64,000 nucleotides of DNA from Eledone cirrhosa (Eukaryota): positions 134,602,001 through 134,666,000 of the forward strand of contig OZ024740.1 of the NCBI GenBank assembly GCA_964016885.1, given 5' to 3'. The notes below the pieces were generated by a model that ran no database searches, was not told the DNA's origin, and was given only the letters and a program-made list of their open reading frames with translations. The position numbers and the translations under genes are program-made. Below are positions 52,701 through 64,000 of the stretch, one piece after another. How positions within the stretch are numbered: position 1 is the first letter of the stretch; every line of letters starts with the position of its first letter.

Positions 52701-53655
52701 AGATCTGTTCTATCAAGAGCAACAATCTCTCCTTCCTACATGATAATACCACTCACTGTCAAAATGCTCATAGACACCCAAATATCAGTACATGCGTACT
52801 CATTTTGAGGCTTAGCTCTTCAAAACTACTCGTTTTGCATATCACATCAACAGCTGATGTGGTTGTTATTGTGGCAGTTTCGTTCACCAGAAGAATTTCA
52901 CTCAACGTTCTTTTTGTTTTTTTTTACTTAAAAAAAATCAGTCAGAATATTTGTGCTCTAAAATTTACAATATATGCATTTTAGTTGTCACGAAATATCC
53001 ATACTCATAGAGAAAAAATGAGCTTGATCACAATTAAGTAGTATGTTTGTTGCGCCGGATTTATGACGACCCTGTCTGGTACTTCAAGGAAACATTCTGC
53101 TGTCTCTCCAAACTATCCAGCCAAATATCCAGTAGTCTTCTCTTCATTGGGCACTTGTGTACTTTCTGTAGAAATACTTCTATTTCGTCTATTTTCATCA
53201 CAAGATGTTCAGCAGTATCTCGATTGATTCTACTAGTAACCGTCGGATTACTCTGAAGCTAATGACATTACACAGCCCTCATGAACAAACACCAAAAGTA
53301 TGATTTATATATTATATTTCAGGTTAGTAAAGATGCACTTAGAAACAACATTTTAAGCGAACTTTTAAGATTTTAATAAAATTCCGAAACTATGGAGCAT
53401 ATAATTAAATGTGACATATTCTAGAAATGTATATGCTCCCGATATTGCCAATCCAACGCCCTTGGAGCTGATACAATAATACATGTAGATAGATGAAACT
53501 GGGAAATATTTCACATTAGAGCTGAAAAACACCTCGTCAGATTCACCGGATGTATTGCATATTGTTAAGGGGTTCGCCTCGCAATCACTAGGTAACGAGT
53601 TCGGTCCTACTGAGTTTCATTTTGGGCAAATGTCATATCCCATAACCGCGAGTGG

Positions 53656-53825
53656 TGGACCTGTCAGCTCTCCTCGTCCGAAGGGGAAATCTCGTTTTGG
53701 CTCATTTCTCTCTGTCTATCCGTTTTTGTGAAAATGTGTATAGCTTTCATTATGTAAAATCTCCCATTTTGAGTACTTTTTTTCATGGTACTCCTTGTTT
53801 GGGTTTTTAGAGATTCGTAAGTCTG
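53656..53825 (-). mobile_element. MITE, copy 3, nested in a SINE
   Basis: Decayed TIRs; perfect 6-bp TSD GAGTGG. Confidence 0.8.
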
Positions 53826-54206
53826 GAGTGGGCCCATGCCTTGTAAATGAAACTGGGTATACAGAAACTATTTTGAAGCCCGTCGAATGGACTGTACCTG
53901 TAATTCAAAGAACCATATAAAGAAGTAGATTTGTCTAGTCAATGTAACACCGTCTCGCTATGAATGTAATATGTGTACCCTTGATTGACGCTTCTTGTTC
54001 AGTACAATGTCTTGTCAACTTACATATCAACATTTTTTTTGTAAACATTTTTTTCCTCGTTGTATAACCTTTTTATCACGTGACTGTATGTTATAAAGCC
54101 CGATAGAAAATGCAATTCTTTGAAGAATTATCAATATATTTTTTAATAACTTTATAATATTAAACAATATATATTTTTTTAGGTTCAGCTAAATTGTTAA
54201 CTGTTC

Positions 54207-54398
54207 ACGTGTGTGTGTGCGTGTGCGTGTGCGTGTGTGTGTTTACTATGAAGAGAACACGTGTCCTACTAAATTGTCACTTATGTGTGTGTGTGTGTGT
54301 GTTTATTATGAAGAGAACACGTGTCCTAGTAAGTTGTCACTTGTGTGTGTGTGTGTTTATTATGAAGAGAACACGTGTCCTAGTAAGTTGTCACTTGT
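54207..54398. repeat. Three-copy minisatellite of about 56-60 bp
   Basis: (GT)n-TTATTATGAAGAGAACACGTGTCCTAGTAAGTTGTCACTT repeated three times. Confidence 0.9.
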
Positions 54399-56350
54399 AC
54401 TATTCAACCCAACCAAGTACTCTTCAGTCAGATTCATGCCATGCTAGGTATTCCCGCCAACAATTTTCCTCGCTGTTGCATGTTCTTTGGTAACAAGAGA
54501 ATTATGTGTTCACGAGGTATTTATCATTTAGCCTAGGATTCGTTAATATTCACACAAAACAAATCCACACACTACATTACACTATTTTTTATATAATTAA
54601 TGTTGGAGTTATTGCGTATATTCCTTAGACTACGTAGTACTATAAATAAAAAGTGATTATAATTTGTACAGGTTTTTCCTTGCTTATTTAATACGTTTTT
54701 TTTTAGCCTTTTGATTTTACTCACATTTAAGTTTTTCTCTTGCAAATGTTCGCTACAAACACAAAAATGTCATACTGGATGGCCGATTGGCAGCATTGGT
54801 AGAGCGTCAGACACCATGCTTTGCAGCATAGTTATGGCCCTTTACGTTCTGAGTTCAAATCCCACCGAGGTTAACTTTGCCTTTCATCCTTACAGGGTTG
54901 ACAAAATAAAGTACCAGTAATGCACTGGGTAATTGCTGGCCTTGTGCCAAAAGTAGAAACAATTATATATAGACGCTGGCATGGTTGTGTGGTTAAGGAG
55001 TTCACACCGCTGACACATGTGTCTTCTACTATAGCCTCTGGTTAACCAATGCCTTGTGAGTGAAATTTGGTAGAGGGAAACTGCAGAAGCCCGTCGTATA
55101 TGTGTGCGTATCTGTTTGTTTTTGTGACTACATTATGTCCTGTATAATAGCGCTTCGACAAAAAGATTGATAAAATAAATACTAGATTATGGTAAATATC
55201 GATATGATCGATTAAATGTCGTTTGTGCCTCAACATGGTCACAATCTGGTGACTAAAATCAGAAAAAGAAATGAATAAAAGAATGTACCTCCATATTAAT
55301 GATCGATACTTTTTTCGTTTCAAGGGACCTCAGAGAATGAATCAATTTTGAAGAGAAGTAATTGTATCTCCTTCATTTTCTGTTAATCTCTGTTTCTTCT
55401 ATTAACATTTTATACACCAGGATATTTTTACTTCTTATAAATCTATAATCTTGTGATAATATATGCAATTTTTCACCCGTTTTTCCTACCAATTTCATCC
55501 ACAACTTCTATTTTTAACACTCTAAAAGTCCAGGAAGTAGAGGAGTGAATTCGTTTGTATTAAGATTTCATACGTTACTACAATATTACAAATTTATAGG
55601 AGGAAACTGACTGACCAAGTGAATCAAATATTAATTAAACAAAGAGAGTAATTAAATAGCACTTTCCATCAAAATTATGTTCCACTTTCAGGACGTCCTG
55701 AAAAAGAAAAAGTGGCTAATCATCAGTCACGCATGCCCAAAACATTGTTGATCCTCTCGAAAGAGAACATACACACAATGCTGAGTGCATATAGGATAAA
55801 AGATAAAGATCCCATAACACCTTGTGGAGTCGTGGAGGCACCGTCATACGGCGTGTCTAGGACACTTTTAAACCTGGCAGAGCCCAACCCACTCCTGGTC
55901 TGAACACAGCCGATATTTTCTAGAGAGGAAGAATCGACCCCCAGTACTGAACTGGTATTTTCTTTATCGACCTCGAAACGCAAGGTTGACCACGATGGGA
56001 TTTGAACTCAGAGCGCGCAATGAGGTGAGACGAGTACCGTAAAGCAGTCTATCCGACGTCTTAACGACTCTACCAATTAGCTGCTTTGAGTGCATGTAGA
56101 AGAATTGCAAAATCAAATTTCATCTGCTGCTTCCCGGCCTTTTAAATTAATTTATTTAATCTGACAGTATTTGAACCTATATTTCCGATGGTATACAACT
56201 CCATATTTCATTCATATTGATTATTGGTAAAGTTAATCTTTAGCATTTAATATTGTATATTCTTAGTTACATATTTCTGTATGAATTATTCTTGAAGTTA
56301 ATTTCAAATATATTCATTGGTATAAGGCGGAAACAAACAATGGACACGTT

Positions 56351-56351
56351 A

Positions 56352-56402
<51 letters not shown>

Positions 56403-56481
56403 TATATATATATAAATATATATATATATAAATATATATATATATAAATATATATATATATAAATATATATATATATAAAT

Positions 56482-56514
<33 letters not shown>

Positions 56515-56591
56515 GTGTATATATAAATATATATATATATATATAGTGTATATATATATATATATATATATAGTGTATATATATATATATA

Positions 56592-56635
<44 letters not shown>

Positions 56636-56868
56636 TATATATATATATATATATATATATACACTATATATATAAATACACTATATATATAAATACACTA
56701 TATATATACACACTATATATATATATATATATACACTATATATATATATACACTATATATATATACACACTATATATATATATATACACTATATATATAT
56801 ATATATAAATATATATAAATATATAGTGTATATATATAGTGTGTGTATATATTTATATATATATATAT

Positions 56869-56900
<32 letters not shown>

Positions 56901-56984
56901 GTGTGTGTATATATATAGTGTATATATATATATAGTGTATATATATATATATATATATAGTGTATATATATATATATATATATA

Positions 56985-57052
<68 letters not shown>

Positions 57053-57065
57053 TATATATATATAT
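56351..57065. repeat. About 700-bp compound (TA)n microsatellite
   Basis: (TA)n with periodic AAA, AGTG and CACT interruptions. Confidence 0.95.
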
Positions 57066-57582
57066 TGGTAAACGGAAAAGAAAATGCTGACAAATTGTTC
57101 ACAGTGAAAAATAGTTTAATTAGGAATAAGTGTGAATTAGTAATAGTATTGGTTAGTATTCAGTTTTGGTTTTAAGTTTTACCGGTTGCACATTTCTAAT
57201 GCTTTTAAAATTAATTTTGAGATAGAGCGTCCGTGATGTTTGCTCTAATCTGATTAGTTTTGGAAATTCTACCTGTTTTTATGTGAAAAAAGTGGCTCAG
57301 CGGTATTAAAATAAGTTTCGCGCCAATTCGTGTTGCAAAAATTCTTGGTCAAAACAATTTGATTGGTCGGTAGAGGTCATGTGAATGTTAAAAATTGATT
57401 TTGCGCCAAATGTAGGTTTGTGTCGGCTGATTGAGAAGTCACTGAAAAATAAGTCTTTCAAAACAAATATGTGTGTGTGTGTGTAGTAGTAGTAGTAGTA
57501 AAGAAGTTCGTTGTTGTGATAATGGTCAGCAGGGATTTGTGTGCGAACCGCAGCCTGTTGACAGTTCAAATGCCTATTAAGA

Positions 57583-57639
<57 letters not shown>

Positions 57640-57746
57640 CAGAGTAATTTGTGGTAGAGGGATGGTCAGTAGCAATGTGTCTGTAAGTGTGTGGGGGATA
57701 TTTTAACATGTTAAAAGATATTTTTCAGCTCTTGTCTTATACGGAG

Positions 57747-57797
<51 letters not shown>

Positions 57798-59965
57798 TTT
57801 GTATGTTAATGTACGCGTGTGTGTATATATGTGTGTGTGTGTGAGAGAGAATGTGTGTGTGTGTGAGAGAGAATGTGTGTGTGTGTGTGTGTGGGTGGAC
57901 CAGTATTTATTTTTGTGATACTGGTAAAATGGTGTACATTATTCGATATTTTCAGTAAAAACGATTCTCTCAATAGAACATCAAAAACCTTAATAATAAA
58001 AGGTGTGAAATGATATATAGTATTGGCATAATACCAAGGTGTGTGTGAGTGTCCAGATTGTACGTACTGTAAGGGGAATCCATTAGGCCTTGCCGTATTG
58101 GAATACTTGTGTACAAATATGTATGTGCCCATCAGTGTGCAATGCATGTGTGCGTTTATGTGTGTGTGTGTGTCGGCGCGTTTATATCTATAGACATCAA
58201 AAGGTATGCAAATTTGTGTATATTTGTGTTGCACCATAGAACATGTGTGTTTACGTATGTCATTGTGTTTATATGTGGATAGAGATGTATGCTGATGTAG
58301 GTATGTATGTTGACGTGTGTATCTTGTGGGTTCGTCTTAGGGAGAAGTGTTTAGACGGGGTCCGTATTTGTTAATAAACTAAGATTCCTTGCTGATGCGC
58401 TGCGTGTGGGTGGCATTATCTTTAAATTTGTAGAGGGGAAAGATTCTGAAGTTGGGATGATTTTGGGCGGCACAGGTATCAATGTGTTCACTCAGTGGTA
58501 TTTTCCTGTATTCCCGTATTTTAATTTGGGATCTATGGACAGTCATGCGTTGGCGGAGGCTGTTTTTGGTCTGGCCAATGTATTGTTCTCGACAACCTGA
58601 GCAAGTTAATACATATATTAGATTTTCTGATGCGCATGTGAAATTGTGTTTTACTATAAAACGTTGTCCTTCTTTGAAATAGAATTCCGAACCCTCTATT
58701 AGGTTGATGCATATGCCACAGTTAGGTCTATCGCATTTTTTTACTGTGGGTTTCGTTGTTGTGGTTGGCAGTACTTTGGCATGTGTTAGGATGTTTTTCA
58801 TTGACTTAGATTGTCTTTTGCTCTTTATGATATCGTGTGTTCGTAGGATTTAGTTCATTCTATGGTCCTTTTTCAACACAGGGATGTTCTGGAGGATGGT
58901 GTCAAAGGCCTCATTGTTGAGGGGGTTGTGTGTGGAGATGTATGGGAGAGCTTTTAGTTTCGGTTGATTTACTTTAGGGTGTCTAAGGTCCTGGGTACTG
59001 AGTTTTAGGGCACGTTGGATTCCATTGTCAATTAGTGATGCAGGGTAGTCCCTGCCTATGAGTGTGTCCTTTAGTTCTTGTAGCCGTAAGTAGCAGGTGT
59101 TTTTATTGGAGACTATAGTACAGATTCTCTTGGCTAAGTTGTAGGGAATATTAATTTTAACGTGTCTAGGGTGGCAAGAGTTGAAAGGAAGATATTACTT
59201 GGAGTCTGTGGGCTTGTAGTATATGTCTGTTTCTATTTTTTTGTTATGGATTTTAATGAGGATGTCGAGGAAGGGGAGTTGTTGATGGCTGTATTCCATC
59301 GTGAAGTTAATATTCGTGTTGAGCCCATTTATAAGAGTGTGAAATGCTTTAAGTTTCTCGATGTTTTCGTGCCAAAGGATGAAGCAGTCATCTAGATATC
59401 GCTTCCAGTTCCTTTCTATGTGTAAGTGGAGAGTGTTTCCAAATTTGTTTAGGACTTTAGTGTAGAGGGGGATTTCCAGGTATCCCATGACTAGGTTGGC
59501 ATAAGTGGGGGCTGTTTTCGTTCCCATAGCGGTCCCAGATTTCTGCCTGTAGGGTTTGTTATTGAAAACGAAATAATTGTTCTCCAAGATAAATTTGAGT
59601 CCCTCTATCACGAATTCTTTTTTGATGCGTTGTGGGAGTTCATTGTGGTAATTATCCAGCCAGAATTGGATAGCTTCTATTCCTAGGTTGTGGGGGATGT
59701 TGGAGTATAGGTTGACTACATCGAACGTCACTAGTAGGGTTTGTTCAGAAAGGGGCATATTAGGGAGGTGATTGAGCATATCTAGGTCGTCCCTTATATA
59801 GCTTTTGATGTGTTTGAGAAAAGGCTTGAGAAGAGTATCAATGAAGTTGCTAAGGCGGTGGGTTTCGCAAGCGGGGCCTACTATTATAGGTCTTAATTTG
59901 AGATCATTGGGCGAGGGGACATTGATGACTATGTCTGTGGCTTCCTTGCATGCCTTACTTATTAA
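57066..59965 (-). mobile_element. 5'-truncated Penelope-like element, Neptune-type (RT + GIY-YIG)
   Basis: RT ORF 59195-59779 (FDVVNLYSNI, GTAMGT..AP.YANL, RYLDD, LPFLD). GIY-YIG ORF 58379-58801 (CDRPNCGIC, NLIYVLTC..C..QYIGQT...RQR). Long (CA)n-rich 3' region ending at (TA)n. Confidence 0.93.
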
Positions 59966-60575
59966 TTCTTTATTTGTTTACACTCTCGCTGTTCCCTTTC
60001 TTTACATGTCCCAACGACTTTCTTTAGCCGTTGCTCGCACCAACCGGGGGTATATGGTCTTTAAAGCGAAGAAATACCGATGATGGTTGGAAGATCACTG
60101 ATGGAGGACCACTTTATTCATATGTAACCCATTTGCAACTCCGCAGCACGCTTATTCTCATATATATATATATATATATATATGGTGGCTGCCAACTCGT
60201 TTTCGAGTACGGCCACTACTTTATATCCATGTAGGAGAACCCCTACCGATGCGCTGAACGAGTGTGACTCTTTAGTCCAGTCACCGACTTGAAAACTCTG
60301 GTACAAACACTACACTTGTGACAATTATTGACACACAGTGCTGGGCCCATGCTACCATGTGACGACAAGTGCAGAGAGATCTCCAGATATAAAGCAAAGC
60401 CAGTCCCACTCTCTTAACCAAGATGATATTTACCAAAAAGAAAAACAATTCAACATCATTGGATACCATCAGGGTTGCAGGTGTTATATCAGAGTTTTCC
60501 GTCTTCTAAAATTCTCCTTGACACATATATATACACAGACACACACACATTCTTTGCTTAAACTTTAATCTGTTA

Positions 60576-60654
<79 letters not shown>

Positions 60655-60684
60655 AGATCAAAAGATGGTTAAAAGAGTTCCATG

Positions 60685-60753
60685 TATTTTATTATGCGCA
60701 TTTCAAAAACAAATATCATCATGCAATAACATTTGTTTTCATCAGATAAAATA
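60685..60753 (-). ncRNA. Type I hammerhead ribozyme, canonical core
   Basis: UAUUUUAU-CUGAUGA-stem II (AAACAAAUGUUAUU/GAUGAUAUUUGUUU)-UU-GAAA-UGCGCA-UA-AUAAAAUA; 8-bp stem I and palindromic stem III. Confidence 0.85.
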
Positions 60754-60887
60754 AGAAGACATGATATGAAGGTTAAAAACACTTGTGGATAGTGCAGTTT
60801 TAAATCAACATAACTGTAGAGTGCTTCTTATCCGATATCTGCATTGCTTTATTGTACTACAATAAAACTCACCTCCTACATATATAC

Positions 60888-60921
<34 letters not shown>

Positions 60922-60924
60922 ATA

Positions 60925-61018
<94 letters not shown>

Positions 61019-61084
61019 GAAGAGAGAAGAAACATTTAGATATAATTAGTAATAAAATGTATCATTCCTAAACTGCTCCTAAAT

Positions 61085-61174
61085 TCCTCGACTACGTAGT
61101 TTCGTGGCATAAACAAAAACAATATATCATAAAGATATAGAGTCCTTGCGAGGTCTGCCGACTTATCAAGAGGA
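61085..61174 (-). ncRNA. Variant (U3-A8) hammerhead, tandem copy 1
   Basis: Reverse complement of 62360-62449. Confidence 0.78.
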
Positions 61175-61679
61175 TACCTCATTTTACTAGTCTCAAGAAC
61201 GCGTCTACACGACGTGAGAAAGAATCCCAAAAAGCGGAGGGGGAGATAGTCACGCGATATAACGGTCGAGAAACAGAGCTAAGCCTCCTATAACCCCGAA
61301 TAAAATACCACGGAGACGGAGGGGGTATTTATATCGAGGCCGTAGAAGAGGTGGTGAAGAAGGCGAGAAGTATGAGTAATGGAAGCTTTCCAGCTGTCCC
61401 CACACTTCAAAGATTGCTCGACCAGAGGGAGTTATTAACAATATATTTAGAAACACACAGATACATGCGGACACACACATATATACATGAATGCATCCGC
61501 ACCCAACTGTGAGTTAAGGGTGCCAACTTCACCGATGTTGCTCAATGAATGACTGGGACAGACCAATTCAGTTGAACTAGACTGAACCAGTATCAGAGTT
61601 AAAAATACATTATGAAGAGAGAAGAAACATTTAGATATAATTAGTAATAAAATGTATCATACCTAAATTGCTCCTAAAT

Positions 61680-61769
61680 TCCTCGACTACGTAGTTTCGT
61701 GGCATAAACAAAAACAATATATCATAAAGATATAGAGTCCTTGCGAGGTCTGCCGACTTATCAAGAGGA
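61680..61769 (-). ncRNA. Variant (U3-A8) hammerhead, tandem copy 2
   Basis: Same motif, 595 bp from copy 1. Confidence 0.78.
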
Positions 61770-62359
61770 TACCTCATTTTACTAGTCTCAAGAACGCGTC
61801 TACACGACGTGAGAAAGAATCCCAAAAGGCGGAGGGGGAGATAGTCACGCGATATAACGGTCGAGAAACAGAGCTAAGCCTCCTATAACCCCGAAGAAAA
61901 TACCACGGAGGCGGAGGGGGTATTTATATCGAGGCCGTAGAAGAGGTGGTGAAGAAGGCGAGAAGTATGAATAATGGAAGCTTTCCAGCTGTCCCCACAC
62001 TTCAAAGATTGCTCGACCAGAGGGAGTTATTATGCGGATGCATTCATGTATATATGTGTGTGTCCGCATGTATCTGTGTGTTTCTAAATATATTGTTAAT
62101 AACTCCCTCTGGTCGAGCAATCTTTGAAGTGTGGGGACAGCTGGAAAGCTTCCATTACTCATACTTCTCGCCTTCTTCACCACCTCTTCTACGGCCTCGA
62201 TATAAATACCCCCTCCGTCTCCGTGGTATTTTATTCGGGGTTATAGGAGGCTTAGCTCTGTTTCTCGACCGTTATATCGCGTGACTATCTCCCCCTCCGC
62301 CTTTTGGGATTCTTTCTCACGTCGTGTAGACGCGTTCTTGAGACTAGTAAAATGAGGTA

Positions 62360-62449
62360 TCCTCTTGATAAGTCGGCAGACCTCGCAAGGACTCTATATC
62401 TTTATGATATATTGTTTTTGTTTATGCCACGAAACTACGTAGTCGAGGA
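62360..62449 (+). ncRNA. Variant (U3-A8) type I hammerhead ribozyme with long stem II
   Basis: UCCUC-UUGAUAA-GU(C)GGCA...UGCCAC-GAAA-CUACGUAG-UC-GAGGA; predicted cleavage after C62444. Confidence 0.78.
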
Positions 62450-62691
62450 ATTTAGGAGCAATTTAGGTATGATACATTTTATTACTAATTATATCTAAAT
62501 GTTTCTTCTCTCTTCATAATGTATTTTTAACTCTGATACTGGTTCAGTCTAGTTCAACTGAATTGGTCTGTCCCAGTCATTCATTGAGCAACATCGGTGA
62601 AGTTGGCACCCTTAACTCACAGTTGGGTGCGGATGCATTCATGTATATATGTGTGTGTCCGCATGTATCTGTGTGTTTCTAAATATATTGT

Positions 62692-62813
<122 letters not shown>

Positions 62814-62840
62814 GCACATATGTTGTGGTATTTATATCTT

Positions 62841-63175
62841 TTCAGGTGGTAGGAGAGGGTAGGGAGTGGGATGGGTGGAGGTCATTGGTTGAAAGAAAAG
62901 GGAATTCATTAAAAGCTAATTCTTTAAGGCTATAATTTATATTTAGAGTGACAAAGGCAGAAAGAATTCTATAAACAAATTCAAAATGGGGTGCCACTCC
63001 TTATATTTAAGATAACAATGCCTATATTTCAGGTGTCTATAAGATGGTTGGGGGTCGGTCATGGTTGATGGATTTAAAGAAAAGGGAAATTCTTTAAAAG
63101 CTAATTCTTTAAAGCTCTACCTAGAGTGACAAAGGCCAAGAGAGTTCTATAAACCAGTTCAAAATATCGGGTGTC
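62841..63175. repeat. Diverged tandem duplication of about 185 bp
   Basis: TTCAGGTG...AAAGAAAAGGGAA...AAAAGCTAATTCTTTAA...TAGAGTGACAAAGGC...TTCTATAAAC...TTCAAAAT occurs twice. Confidence 0.75.
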
Positions 63176-63218
63176 TATCATTATTGTCATGTTTCTCTTG
63201 AGCTATATTCCAGGTGTC

Positions 63219-63330
<112 letters not shown>

Positions 63331-63371
63331 CGAAACATAAGTCAATTGCATGAACTCATAATCCTTTATTT

Positions 63372-63429
63372 ACTGCTATATATATATTTCGATGATAGCC
63401 ATTGAATGGCTATGACCTCATCAGGCAGT
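63372..63429 (-). ncRNA. Type I hammerhead ribozyme, canonical core
   Basis: ACUGC-CUGAUGA-GGUCAUAGCCAU/AUGGCUAUCAUC-GAAA-UAUAUAUA-UA-GCAGU, followed by AAUAAA. Confidence 0.9.
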
Positions 63430-63586
63430 TAGTCAGTTCTTAGATATACCAGCTCTGTGTTTATAGTGTTGATGGTATCATAGCCTTGGGACATATATAT
63501 ATAATTGTTTTTTTGTCTGGTTGATTATGCTGATTGGTAGAGGAAATGGTGTATATATTTTATCAAATGATTCTATGGACATACTT

Positions 63587-63649
<63 letters not shown>

Positions 63650-63659
63650 TACACTCATT

Positions 63660-63944
63660 TTCTTTAGTTCATCGTGCCATACGGACCCCCGAAAACCATG
63701 ATGAACTAAAGAAAATGATTGCACATGCGGTTGGGGCCAGTATGAAATTAACCCTTAAGGAACATATGTTCAAATTTAATTGAAAAACATATGCCCAAGA
63801 GGAGGGAGCAGCCATTGGTGTTAGCATTGCAGGTGACATAGCTAACCTATTCATGGTATGGTGGGACAATAGACTTAAACTTAAACTTAAAGAACAATTA
63901 GAAGACAGTAACCTCTTAACCCTGATAATGTACTCCCGCTACGT
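63660..63944 (+). mobile_element. Second PLE reverse transcriptase fragment
   Basis: Translates as ...EHMFKFN*KTYAQEEGAAIGVSIAGDIANLFMVWWD...MYSRYV and breaks just before the catalytic DD. Confidence 0.8.
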
Positions 63945-64000
63945 ATCAACGTAGCGGGAGTACATTATCATCGTATAAACATCGTAGTAAAAACACCTCA

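Noticed and set aside
53060-53253. Minus-strand open stretch SNPTVTSRINRD...QTGSS* after a TTCAG
   Set aside because: No recognisable domain and no partner exons; not distinguishable from chance.
54207-54398. Repeat-spacer-like pattern resembling CRISPR
   Set aside because: The spacers are (GT)n rather than unique sequence; eukaryotic context with no cas genes.
56314-57175. YI-repeat ORFs here and at other (TA)n tracts
   Set aside because: Microsatellite translation artefacts.
60251-60310. CTGAACGA...GTGACT/AGTCAC...GAAA
   Set aside because: The core has an extra base and stems I and III do not pair.
61036-62498. Repeated 64-112 aa ORFs in the 595-bp unit
   Set aside because: They recur only because the unit is repeated; there are no known motifs and they mostly start at non-ATG codons.

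Overview
AT-rich, repeat-dense animal genomic DNA. The SINE and microsatellite content suggests an octopod cephalopod, which is my inference. The one host gene I can support is a minus-strand LBP/BPI-family (TULIP lipid-binding) gene. I read eight in-frame, phase-compatible GT-AG exons between 20943 and 2145; the signal-peptide exon was not found and the 3' exons lie left of the window. The rest is mobile DNA: two head-to-head RTE LINEs, a full-length hAT/Buster transposon with TIRs and an 8-bp TSD, a near full-length Tx1/L1 LINE, and a Neptune-type Penelope-like element (PLE). There are also R4/Dong, CRE, L2 and mariner remnants, three tRNA-headed SINE families and a MITE family with 6-bp TSDs. 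The most striking signal is a set of non-coding insertions in (TA)n microsatellites that carry hammerhead ribozyme (HHR) motifs. These include two canonical CUGAUGA/GAAA motifs and a 595-bp tandem-plus-inverted retrozyme-like unit with three copies of a compensatory U3-A8 variant HHR. Several short fold-back palindromes share this architecture, and in one family the fold-back centre appears to be HHR stem II. All family assignments come from motif recognition by eye; no searches or folding programs were run.
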